Source: Octopus sinensis
Taxonomy: Eukaryota
Reading direction: 5' to 3'
Assembly (NCBI RefSeq): GCF_006345805.1
Contig: NC_043001.1
Coordinates: 11,284,001-11,348,000, forward strand
Length of the DNA stretch: 64,000 nucleotides
The translations under genes and the position numbers were made by a program. How positions within the stretch are numbered: the first letter of the stretch is position 1; each line of letters opens with the position of its first letter. Positions 27,100 through 39,156 of this stretch are shown one piece after another. The notes under the pieces were generated by a model. It was not told the origin of the DNA. It did no database searches and saw nothing but the letters and a program-made list of their open reading frames with translations.

Positions 27100-28700
27100 A
27101 AATAAGATGACGTCGCAAGCTTACAGCAGAGCCTGAATTCGATAAGTTGTTGGCAGAAATAAGCAGTATGTAGTTGAATGCTGGAAAATTCCAAGCACTG
27201 CACTTTCAACTCACGAATTTTCTAACACGAGATTAATATATCTTCATAAAACGTAAGTCGTGCATAGAAGTTATTCATATCGGACCTATTTTTGCCTGTC
27301 ATTTTGGCTAAAGTAAAAGGGAATATTTTTACGAATGTGTTGCTGGGGAAACCAAGTGAAAAATAGACATTCGTGTGTTTCTAAAATACGCCTCTTCCTC
27401 AATTAAATTCTGGTCATTCATAATTAAAATATCTAGAATTCCATTGTGAATTCTATTGACTCTATGAAGTAGTGGTTTAAATTCATAGAATTTCTTTGTT
27501 TTTATTTCCAAAACTATAGGCGCAAGAGTGGCTGTGTGGTAAGTAGCTTGCCTACCAACCACATGGTTCTGGGTTCTGGGTTCTGGGTTCAGTCCCACTG
27601 CGTGGCATCTTGGGCAAGTGTCTTCTGCTATAGCCTCGGGCCGACCAATGCCTTGTGAGTGGATTTGGTAGACGGAAACTGAAAGAATCCTGTCGTATAT
27701 ATGTATATATATGTATGTATGTGTATGTATATGTTTGTGTGTCAGTGTTTGTCCCTCTAGCATTGCTTGACAACCGATGCTGGTGTGTTTACGTCCCCGT
27801 CACTTAGCGGTTCGGCAAAAAGTGACCGATAGAATAAGTACTGGGCTTACAAAAAGAATAAGTCCCGGATCCATTTGCTCGATTAAAGGCGGTGCTCCTG
27901 CATGGCCGCAGTCAAATGACTGAAACAAGTAAAAGAGTAACTAAAGCAATTTTCTTCTATACACTGAGAGAACGAATTTTCATATTTTCGTAGCTAGAGT
28001 ATCCCTTGACTAAATTTGCATAGGCTGGGTCGGTGCTCTCGAATTTTTGTCAGTAATAGGTAACATTAAACTTGTAATAGTTAGTTTGAGAAATAAATTT
28101 TAGTCCTTTATTTAAAGATTCTTTTTCGATATGTTCTTCATATTCAGCAAAATTCTCTAACCGGAACGTAAGCACTACAATTTCAAAGTCGTGAGGGATA
28201 TTAGTAAATACATTCCCTCTATTAACATGATGGTTCAACATATCTAGGGCGTCTCTTATAAAACTTTTTACAACTTTAATGATTTCACTAAGACAGATAT
28301 ATATATATATAAAACCCAGAAAAAACTAAAAAAACCTCAGACACTGATTTTTCAAATACCGTACCAAAGACTGTTAGACTTAAATCATTTGGTGTTAGAA
28401 CATTACTGTAGATACATGTGAATTCATTGCATGCTTCAAATAATATTTTGCATCTATTAAAAAGAATAGATTTACATGTAAGATACGCTGTATAAAAATA
28501 TTCTTTCCAGGCCAATAAGGAATAGGTGCAACGACATTTCTTCTGTTGGTTGTAGCTTTTATACATTACATCTTGAAGCTTGCATAAAGCTTTTTTTTAT
28601 AAATATTCAGAATCCTTCAAAGTAACTGTACTCATATATTGAGAATTCTTTATCGTTTCTCAATTCATTTATATATTCCCTGTGAATGGTGCAGTAGTTT
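27100..28700 (-). pseudogene. Decayed intronless coding tract interrupted by a SINE A
   Basis: Co-oriented ORF pieces 28288..28566, 28050..~28290, an in-frame continuation past TGA (QKFESTDPAYANLVKG..), 27329..27518 and 27015..27209; few stops for AT-rich DNA; no family recognised. Confidence 0.4.
27519..27938 (+). mobile_element. SINE family A, full length
   Basis: Same head and tail as 9879; TTCTGGG triplicated in the head. Confidence 0.9.
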
Positions 28701-29845
28701 CACTTAGATCTTTGCTTATATATCACATGATGTTATATCGAAAATTCAAAATGTGGTCTCCCTCCCACACACACACGCTCACACACAAAAAACACACAAA
28801 CACACATATACACATACGTATGGATACGTATCTTTATATATATATATATATATACATATAATAATTATTATTTGAGGGAATATAAATCCAAACTTACAGG
28901 GAAACAATTCAATTTAGAAACACTAAATCAAATTTCACACAATATAATATATATATAAAAATTAGAAAAAACCCTACCTTTTATCAATTCAAAATGAACA
29001 ATTAAATTACACCATCTAGAAAATTACATATAATAGAAATATTAAAATCAAAATAACCATAAAATATCAATGATTAAGTAAATTGCAAAAAATAATAAAA
29101 ACGTATATAATTGGTGTATATATTTGTATATATATACATATATGTATATACAAGTAAATATGTTTAAATATCTATTATATAAAATCCGTTCTGCCTGTGT
29201 GTGTGTGTGTCTTCTAGGATCTCGGGCATCCTCCATCCGATTGCGCTCAAATTTGATATGTAGATACCGACGGTATCAGGGCGTGTATAACTCTTGAAAA
29301 GATTACAAAAATCGATTCCAGGTGAGAATGCGATCGATAAAGCCGTGGGAACGTGCATTTGTACGCGCAAATACATCAGCTGTTGCGATGTACTTCCTGG
29401 TACTTTAAACTCTACGGTTGCCTATATTTGTGTGAATAAAATCGTTTTCCTTTGGAATAGAAAAAAGTCTATCTTTATTTCTTCTTTTGTGGTCGTCTCA
29501 AATTTAGGTTAAATCAGTGTTTCTCAAAGGGGTGACCTAGAGTACGGTCGGATAGTCTTGAGAAAATTTGGTTTAAATGTTTGACAACTCAGCACTGTCC
29601 ATTGGATGGGGGGCATTTTGCTCGTATATATATAAATATAGCTCAGGTATTGTGAGATTATTTATTAACCTGGTGTTGAACTCAATATAACTGTTTCAAA
29701 ACAAAGTGTTTGAGTATAGAACGGTAAGGGAGATGACAATGCTTATGTCAGGAACTTCATTAGTTTAAAACTGTTATGTATATATGTGTATATATGAATA
29801 TGTTTGTATATATATATATATATTTTTATTTTATTTTATAGAAGG

Positions 29846-29896
29846 AGCTTCTACAGGACTAGAACTGTTTCATTCAAAAGAAATCATCAGGAAGCT
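29846..29896 (-). ncRNA. Type I hammerhead ribozyme-like motif
   Basis: AGCTTC-CTGATGA-TTTCTTTTGAAT-GAA-ACAG-TTCTAGTC-CTGT-A-GAAGCT: 6-bp helix I, 4-bp helix III, GUA site, weak helix II. Confidence 0.65.
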
Positions 29897-30099
29897 AGTA
29901 GACAAGAGTTGTTTTGGCATTTATACATTTAGGCAGGTTCAAATGGGTGGTGGTGGGGGACATTTTTGGGGGTAGGCACGGCGCAAAACTGTCATTATTA
30001 GGGGAGTGGTCAAAGGAATCGGTGGTAAAGTAGATAAAAGAATAAATAAAAGAATAAAAAAATAAAAAAATAAAATAAAAAAATATAAATAGAAAAATA

Positions 30100-30140
30100 G
30101 AGTTTTAGGTAAGTGGGGAGACTCTCACTTGTACATCTAC

Positions 30141-30172
<32 letters not shown>

Positions 30173-30836
30173 CCGCAAAATTCACATATATCTATACATA
30201 TACATACATACCCACATATACATACATATATATATACATACGTACACATACATATACATATACATATACATATATATACATATATATACACATACCCATG
30301 TACGTACACACAGATACACATATACATACATATACATACATATATGTATACCCACTCGCACATATATATACAAATGCATATACATGCACACACATACACA
30401 CACATTTTTATTCTCTTATTTTAATTTTATTATTACTACTTTTGTTTATATCTTTATTTTCATCTTGACCGGTCAGCCTGTCTCAAGGGATATCTAAAGA
30501 TTCCGTTTATCTATCTACTTACTGATACGAACGCAAGCACTCACTCACGCCCACACACTCACACGTACACACACGCGTACGAGTTATTTTCATACACGCC
30601 TACATCTACATACATGCACGTATATTCACATACACGCATACACATACATACCTCAACACACCCACAGAAGACTAGTCCATACATATGCACTAATTAATAT
30701 ATATACACATATACATATACACATACATACACATACATACATATACATACACATATACATATATATATATATACATATATATTCATATACATATACATAC
30801 ACATATACATTCATACATATATACACATACACACAT

Positions 30837-30867
<31 letters not shown>

Positions 30868-31096
30868 ACGGGAAGCTTTATGAAAATATATATATATACA
30901 TATATATACATACATACATGCGTACACATACACACACACACACGCGCGCATCTATATATACACATAAGTACATACATGCATAAATGTATACATATGTCTA
31001 TACATATGCATACACATCCACACACACACGCGCCTCCTTATGTTCATAACATACATGCATACAAGCATATACATATATACATACATGCATACTCAA

Positions 31097-31136
<40 letters not shown>

Positions 31137-31276
31137 TATATACATGCAGTTACCCATTTTACAAACGGATACCTACATATAAACATACCCATATATACCT
31201 ATTTACACATATGTATATATACATACATACATACACACATAACTCTACATACCTACATATATATAAACACACAAGC

Positions 31277-31323
<47 letters not shown>

Positions 31324-31468
31324 CATATATATATATACATATCCATATACACATACACACATACACACATACACACATACACACACATACACACACACAC
31401 ATATATATATATATATACATTTACACACACATTTTTTTACACACATATATATATACACACATACACAT

Positions 31469-31526
<58 letters not shown>

Positions 31527-32049
31527 ATACATATGTGCATATATACACACACATATATATATATACATATATATACATATATACACACAAGCACATACAT
31601 GCATAAATGTATACATATGTTTATACAAATGCATACACATACACACACTCACGCGCCTCCTTATATACATAAATACATACATGCATACAAACGCATACTC
31701 AAATAATAAATAATGAATAATAAATAATAGATATATATACACATGCAGTTACCCTTTGTACAGACGGAAACATACATATAGGCATACACGTACATGCCCA
31801 TCTACACATATGTATATATACACATACATACACATACACACAACTCTACATACTTACATATACATAAACACACGAGCGTACACACACACACATAATATAT
31901 ATATATATATACACATATATATACACACATATATATATATATATATATACACACATACACATACATACACACATATATATACACATATATACATACAGAT
32001 ACATACATACACATACATACACATACACATACATACACATATATATACA

Positions 32050-32093
<44 letters not shown>

Positions 32094-32200
32094 AACATAT
32101 AAAATATAAAAAACCACACACATACACACATACACATGTACATACATATACACATACATATACACGCACTCACATACATGCGTATATTCCTACTAACACC
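30100..32200. repeat. Compound CA/TA microsatellite field with a ~623-bp tandem duplication
   Basis: ACGCGCCTCCTTA at 31028 and 31651 with matching flanks. Confidence 0.85.
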
Positions 32201-32335
32201 TATTCATTTCTATACATATATACAATACATATATACAGGTGTACATATACAATCTGTGAGTAGTCTTAGGAGGAAAGTTAATCGGGGGTGCTGGGGGAAC
32301 GGTGGGGTTGGGGGGTTTTTGTGGGTGGGGTGTCG

Positions 32336-33085
32336 TCAATCGGGTTGCCGGGTGGGTCTATAGTTCTTGTAGTTTGCATAAATTCTATGCATGCAATTTG
32401 GGGAGTGTTCTGAGATCCTGTTGAGGAGATGGCCTTTGGCGAACAAGATCTCTAGGCTCTCGGAAATGCAAAGGTCACAGCAGGTATGGCCTCCTGTGTA
32501 CGAACGCGCCTTCTGTAGTAGTCTCCACTTGGTCTTGAAGGGGATGGAGTTCCTTTTAAGGTACCAGATGTGGGCGGCGAGGGTAGTTTGGTTGGATTTA
32601 TCAGGTCGCCGGAACGAGTGTGTGTGGGCGTACCAACGGGTCTTAAAGCTGTTTGACGTCATTCCGATGTACGATTTTCTTTTATCATCGGGGCCTGATC
32701 GTACCTCGCATGTATATACGAGGTCCCTCTGTAGGCAGTTGTTGTTGAGGGGGCAGGTAGTTTTATCAGGGCAGTTGCAATTGCTATCGGATGTTGGATG
32801 GGCCTCGGAAAGAGTAGATATATTAAGTTTTTTCACGTTGTTGTTGGCTAGGTTCCTGGCTAGATTGGGCGTGGTAGAGTAGGAGAGTCTAATGGTGTTC
32901 TTATTTAGGATAGTATAGTACTTATGTTGGGTGGGGAAGTGTTTCTGTAGGAGAGTGAAGAAGATTTTAGCTACAGGTGTAGCGACCTCACGGTTGAAGG
33001 GGGGGTTGTACCAGCTAATGTGTCTTCGCCTATTTTTCCTGGGTTGGCGTGGGGCTATACTAGTATAGGTGATCTTATCTTTTGA
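32336..33085 (-). mobile_element. 5'-truncated Penelope-like element (Neptune-type) with open Cys-linker/GIY-YIG frame
   Basis: RRHISWYNPPF, LLQKHFP, CNCPDKTTCPLNNNC, LVYTCEV..SYIGMTSNSFKTRW..H, TTLAAHIW, CDLCISE. Confidence 0.92.
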
Positions 33086-33111
33086 TATATATATATATAT
33101 ATATATATATA

Positions 33112-33486
33112 GCAGGAGTGGCTGTGTGGTAAGTAGCTTGCTAACCAACCACATGGTTCCAGGTTCAGTCCCACTGCGTGGCATCTTGGGCAAGTGTCTT
33201 CTGCTATAGCCCCGGGCCGACCAATACCTTGTGAGTGGATTTGGTAGACGGAAACAGAAAGAAGCCTGTCGTATATATGTATATCTATATGTATGTATGT
33301 GTGTGTTTGTGTGTCTGTGTTTGTCCCCCTAGCATTGCTTGACAACCGATGCTGGTGTGTTTACGTCCCCGTAACTTAGCGGTTCGGCAAAAGAGACCGA
33401 TAGAATAAGTCCCGGGGTCGATTTGCTCGACTAAAGGCGGTGCTCCAGCATGGCCGCAGTCAAATGACTGAAACAAGTAAAAGAGT
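33112..33486 (+). mobile_element. SINE family A
   Basis: Same head and tail as other copies. Confidence 0.9.
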
Positions 33487-33899
33487 ATATATATATATAT
33501 ATATTATATATATATATTATATATATATATATATATATAAGTAGTAATACACGTGGCTGTCGCGAGGAGATTTTAAATTGGCTTATCTTGGATCTATACG
33601 TGCAAATATTTGTAATGTCGACGTGTGAATCCGCTTTGTACGGTCTGTACAATTATTTGTATTTATATTTCCCGTATATTGTGTTGACGAAGGAAGCTAG
33701 TTTGTTTATGGTTCTTATCCAGAAATCGGAACCAATTCGAAATAAACGTGGGGTCTTTTTAACATTCTTTCACGAGCCCGCTTTCAGCCACGTGTATCTT
33801 TATCTGGAGTTTTTGGTAGTTTTTTTGAAAGTCTTGGCACTTCATGCACGGTGGAGTCAGGTTGTTTTCTCCCTTGCGCCCTTAATATAATTAAAAACA

Positions 33900-33962
<63 letters not shown>

Positions 33963-34596
33963 AAATGGTACCTCAAGGCAGTTACAATACTAGTAACTGT
34001 AGGAATAAAAAAAATGAACTGAAAATTATTTAAGAATGATCCCTGGATTGGCATCCCTGCACGTATTGAGAAGAGTTTTGTCGCTGCGAGAACTATTACC
34101 ATACATATAAATAATGATTTTCTATTTAACCTTATTATATTTTGTAAATGAACATGTTAGTCTCTTTAGTTTTATAGCCTGTCAATGTATATAGTGAATA
34201 GTTTTCCCTAGGTATCGGGAAGACACTCGACAAGAAATAGTAACAAAATTCTAAGTAGTAGCAAAACTCACGATATTAAAATAATGGTATTTGTAGGGAC
34301 CCTAATAAATGTCGTTAGATAAACAATGTTTTATGAAGAACCTAGTTTATAGATGCTCGGTTGTTACGAATAAAACAGTTTACCATTACATAAGCTGTGG
34401 CGTAGCAATTTTCAAATCCCCATATTACACCCACATCTCATAATTTAAACTTGGAAAGATTGATCTCATCAAGAAAGCAAATTTGAGTGCTTAAATATAA
34501 CAGAAAGAGTATATTAAGTGATCCATACAGTTCTATATTTAAAAGATAAGGAATTATGTATATTATTTACATTATTTACGTTATTTACACTTGACA

Positions 34597-34668
34597 GGCA
34601 TATGGCGTAGTGGTTAAGTGTGCGTGCTACTAACCCCAAGATTCCGAGTTCGATTCCAGGCAGTGACG

Positions 34669-34707
<39 letters not shown>

Positions 34708-34813
34708 TCGAAAAATACCTTAGGTTCGAAAAGTTTCCAAGACACCTGATGAAAGCTGGACGGTATATCAGCCGAAACGTTGTGTTTACAACAAACAAGA
34801 TAAGGATAACTAT
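34597..34813 (+). mobile_element. SINE family C: tRNA-like head, (AAT)n, HHR-containing tail
   Basis: A box TGGCGTAGTGG, B box GAGTTCGATTCC, HHR at 34741-34786; inverted tail segment at 34522-34595. Confidence 0.8.
34741..34786 (+). ncRNA. Minimal type I hammerhead ribozyme (Penelope-type)
   Basis: GACAC-CTGATGA-A-AGCTGG-ACGGTATA-TCAGCC-GAAA-CG-TT-GTGTT: helix I GACAC/GTGTT, palindromic ACGT helix III. Confidence 0.7.
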
Positions 34814-35072
34814 CAGAACGTAACAGCAGACGAAATACCTATTTCTTTACTACCCACAAGGGGCTAAACATAGAGGGGACAAACAAGGACAGACATACGG
34901 ATTAAGTCGATTATATCGACCCCAGTGTATAACTGGTACTTATTTAATCGACCCTGAAAGGATGAAGAGCAAAGTCGACCTCGGCGGAATTTGAACTCAG
35001 AACGTAACGACAGACGAAATACCGCTACGCATTTCGTCCGACGCGCTAACGATTCTGCCAGCTCACAGCCTT
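34814..35072 (-). mobile_element. SINE family B with partial second unit
   Basis: CAGAACGTAAC..CAGACGAAATAC at 34814 and 34998 (184 apart). Confidence 0.85.
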
Positions 35073-35710
35073 GGTCTGTAAAATATATTACTGATGAAGT
35101 GTTGAAGTTATTAGTCAAGTATCAGTTTTGAAACTCCTAAACGTTGGTAACTCGCTGAATCATCGAATCTATGAAGTATAGGGCAAACAAAGTCAGATGT
35201 TGTTTAATAAAGAAAAAATGCTAGCGTTATCATTATTACGTCTCAATAGAAACATTTGAAAAGAGCGGAGCTCCAACTTCCTTCGGCTTAATCAAATCTT
35301 ATGTCTGCATATATCTAAATAATAATAAGAATGCTAATTCCATTACGTCATAATGCAAAATTTCGCTCTCACACATGTCAAACATGAATATTTACAAAAG
35401 AAAATATCTTGATGAAGAGACCAAACAGAAACAGGCGTGTGAGACTAATTAAAGTTTATATCATTATTTTGTGTTTTAGCTGCGTATTTGAAATAAAACA
35501 GCTGTAGCTGTGTGTCGTAATTATGTTTTGTGATATGCTCCGCCAGGAGCTTGTATAAAAATCTCCTCTCTAACCTTCATTAAAATATTAGTACATTGAA
35601 AACAACTGAATTAGTTGATATCGTTTAATTGGGTAGTGAAATCCGGTGAAATTCTCATTGCGGTAACCAAATTCGTGCGGTAAGCGATAAATTAAATGAT
35701 TTTTAATATA

Positions 35711-36725
35711 CAAGGTATCTCAAAAACTACATAGTCAAAAGCAGAATCTACTTAGTCAAAGCAAATGAAAATAAACAGGTTTAATGATGAGAAGCATAAG
35801 ATTTATTCCTCCAAATTTGAATGAGAAATTCAAAGGTATGTGCATTCCATGAACGATTTCACAAATGTTCAGTATGCGCACCGCCGGAGACACGACACAC
35901 GTCAAGTCGGTAGTCCAGCTCCCCCGAAACACGCTGCAGCATGCGTTGGGGGAACAGTCTTCAGTGCGGTAATGATTCGTTGCTCCAGTTCCTCTATGTT
36001 TGTAGGAAGAGGGGTTCATACCCCACAGAAAAAAAATTCAAGTTGTTAGGTCTCCCTCGCAGATTGTCATTGAGATAAGTTCGCACAGTGATCTTCCAGT
36101 GAGGTGGAACCCCGACCTGTTGAAAAATGAAGTCTTCGTGTTCATTTACAATGAGGTCATCCATTAGCTAGTTCTGAATCATTTGCAGATAAACATCGCC
36201 AGTCACATTTCCCTCAATGAAAAACGGGCCATGAAGATGCTTCTTGGAGATGGCGCAGAACACATTCACTTTTGGTGAGTCTCTCTCATGCTCAACTGTG
36301 GAATAGGGATTGTTTTTGCCCCAAATGCGAACATTATGCTTATTGACTTTGCCGTTCGTATGAAATGTTGCCTCATCACTGAAAACCACACGTTCCTTGA
36401 ACTCGGCTTATTCAAGCTTCTCTTGCATATCAACACAATTATTTGCGCTTTCAGTTGTCATCTGCCGTTATGGCCTGAACGAGCTCCAACTTGTAGGGTT
36501 TCATTAGGAAACGTTTCCTCAGGACGCGCCAAACTGTCGTTGGAGGAATCTGGGTTTCCAGACTTGTTCTTCTTATGGACTTCTTGGGGCTTCGCAAGAG
36601 CTTTTGGCGAACCCGCTCGACCGTCTCTGCCGATGTTAGTAGTCGTCCAGATCCTTTTGCTCTGCACAGACAGCCTTCCTCTTTGAATTTTTTGTGGTTT
36701 CGATTCCAGTCTCTCAGTGCAGCAC
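35711..36725 (-). mobile_element. Tc1/mariner-superfamily transposase remnant
   Basis: KFKEEGCLC..SGR, SPKKSIRR, KPYKL, FSDEATFHTNGKVNKHNVRIWG, GPFF, FQQVGVPPH, NFFLWG. The SPDL region is deleted. TA+CAAGGTATCTCAAAA TIR-like end at 35709-35725. Confidence 0.85.
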
Positions 36726-36738
36726 CTTGGGTAAGCCA

Positions 36739-36887
36739 AGACACCTGATTAATTTCCCCAAGACACCTGATTAAGGCTGGAGGGTATATCAGCATACACG
36801 TTATTAACAAAAAACAAGATGAGGACAAATATTCGTCAAATGTAAATAATGTAAATAATTCATCATCTCTTAAATATAGAACTGTAT
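36739..36887 (+). mobile_element. SINE family C 3' part with degenerate HHR
   Basis: GACAC-CTGATTA-AGGCTGGAGGGTATATCAGCATACACGTT, then the GTCAAATGTAAATAAT..TAGAACTGTA tail. Confidence 0.75.
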
Positions 36888-38034
36888 AAATGTTTATTGT
36901 TCTTTATAAATTGTCGTAAGTATTTTCATTATATTTCTTTAAATACTTCCGATTAAAAAAACTGATGTAATGACACAAGAGAAGAATGGAGTTGTTCTTA
37001 AATTAAGTATTACCATCCATATAAATAATGATTTTCTATTTAACTTTATTACATTTTGTAAATGAACATGTTAGCCTCTTTAGTTTAATGGTCTGTCAAT
37101 GTATACAGTGAATAGTTTTCCCTAGGTATCGGGAAGACACTCGGCAAGAAATAGTAACAAAATTCTAAGTAGCAGCAAAACTCACAATATTAAAATAATG
37201 GTATTTGTAGGGACCCTAATTAATGTCGTTAGATAGAACTATAAATTTTTGTTGTTATTTATAAATTTTTGTATTTTCATTAAATTTCTTTAAATACTTC
37301 AGATTAAAAAGCTGCAGTAATGACACAAGAGACGAATGGAATGGTTTTTAAATTAAGTATTTTATCAATTGTAATCGATAAAGTTAACGATTCTATGAAG
37401 GAACTAAGGATAAAGTAAATTTCCTGACCACTGGGATAAGTTTTCAGAACTTAAAATCGGAGAAAAAGTCTGCTATTAACGGATCACTTTTACATAGATT
37501 TGACGCTGTATAATTCGTCATTTGAAAAAGTTCTGCAATTTACCGAATTATGTCATTATCCAATTAGCAATTAAGCGAAACCAACTACATTTACATTTTA
37601 TTTGATAATTCAGCGAGTTTGAGACATTTAACAGCTCTCACCTTTCGTCTCTTTATTCTTATTACAGCAGTTAATATATCTGTTTTCACATTACGAAGCA
37701 TTAAATGTAGTTAGAAGAATTGCCTGGAATTCGGTAAAGGGAAATCTAAAGTATAAGCCTCCAGAAACGCTGTATACTAATTAGAATAATAATAATTACC
37801 TCGGAACATTGTATAATATTTAATTAAAACTGGCCGGGTATTGACACATTTAGTTAAGTAACTGACAAAATACTCTGCGACGTATAGTTGTATACCTTAA
37901 CATTCTGAGTTCGAGACCCAGAGTGGTTATGTTTTTTTCATTTCTCTAAACCCATTGAAATATATACCTCTTCACTGTTACTCTCTTTCAGATTTGATGA
38001 CTTAACTTATTTTGGGATTAATATTTAACTTTCG

Positions 38035-38581
38035 AAAGGTAGAAACGTTAACACGCCGGGCGAAATGCTCAGCGATCTTTCATCCGTCGTTACGTTCTGA
38101 GTTCAAATTCCAGAGAGGCCGACTTTGCCTTTCATCCATTTAGTGGTCGATTAAATAAGTACCAGTTACGCACTGAGGTCGTTCTAATCGTCTTAATCCG
38201 TTTGTCTGTCCTTGTTTGTCCCCTCTGTGTTAAGCCCCTTGTGGGTAGTAAAGAAATAGGCATTTCATTTGTCTTTATGTTCTGAGTTCATATTCTGCTG
38301 AGGTCGACTTTGCCTTTCATCCTTTCGGGGTCGATTAAATAAGTACCAGTTACACACTGAGGTCGTTCTAATCGTCTTAATCCGTTTGTCTGTCCTTGTT
38401 TGTCCCCTCTGTGTTAAGCCCCTTGTGGGCAGTAAAGAAATAGGTATTTCGTCTGCTGTTACGTTCTGAGTTCATATTCTGCCGAGGTCGACTTTGCCTT
38501 TCATCCTTTCGGGGTCGATTAAATAAGTAGCAGTTACGCACTGAGGTCGTTCTAATCGTCTTAATCCGTTTGTCTGTCCTA
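38035..38581 (+). mobile_element. SINE family B, head plus three tandem ~184-bp units
   Basis: TTCTGAGTTCA at 38095, 38280 and 38464. Confidence 0.85.
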
Positions 38582-38740
38582 GGTGAGTTCAAGACTAAAG
38601 GCAGAAGATGTGTGCTGAAGAAGCTGCACGACCGGATGTGACTAGATTACAATTTCAAAATGGATCACTTCAATGTCCAATCAACAAAAACAGAATAAGT
38701 TCTTAAAATGTTATAGAAAAAAAAATAATAAACAGAAAGT

Positions 38741-38905
38741 GGAGTGGCTGTGTGGTAAGTAGCTTGCTTACCAACCACATGGTTCCGGGTTCAGTCCCAC
38801 TGCGTGGCATCTTGGGCAAGTGTCTTCTGCTATAGCCCCGGGCCGACCAATGCCTTGTGAGTGGATTTGGTAGACGGAAACTGAAAGAAGCCTGTCGTAT
38901 GTATG

Positions 38906-38946
<41 letters not shown>

Positions 38947-39156
38947 TTGTGTGTCTGTGTTTGTCCCCCTAGCATTGCTTCAGAACCGATGCTGGTGTGT
39001 TTACATCCCCGTCACTTAGCGGTTCGGCAAAAGAGGCCGATAGAATAAGTATTGGGCTTACAAAGAATAAGTCCCGGGGTCGAGTTGTTCGACTAAAGGC
39101 GGTGCTCCAGCATGGCCGCAGTCAAATGACTGAAACAAGTAAAAGAGTAAAAGAGT
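38741..39156 (+). mobile_element. SINE family A
   Basis: Same head and tail as other copies. Confidence 0.9.

Noticed and set aside
29514-29535. hAT-like TIR CAGTGTTTCTCAAAG
   Set aside because: No matching second TIR or TSD found
33086-33193. N-terminus of the 285-aa ORF (MPKMPRSGTEPGTMWLVS...)
   Set aside because: Antisense translation of a SINE A head; the same peptide recurs at other SINE A copies
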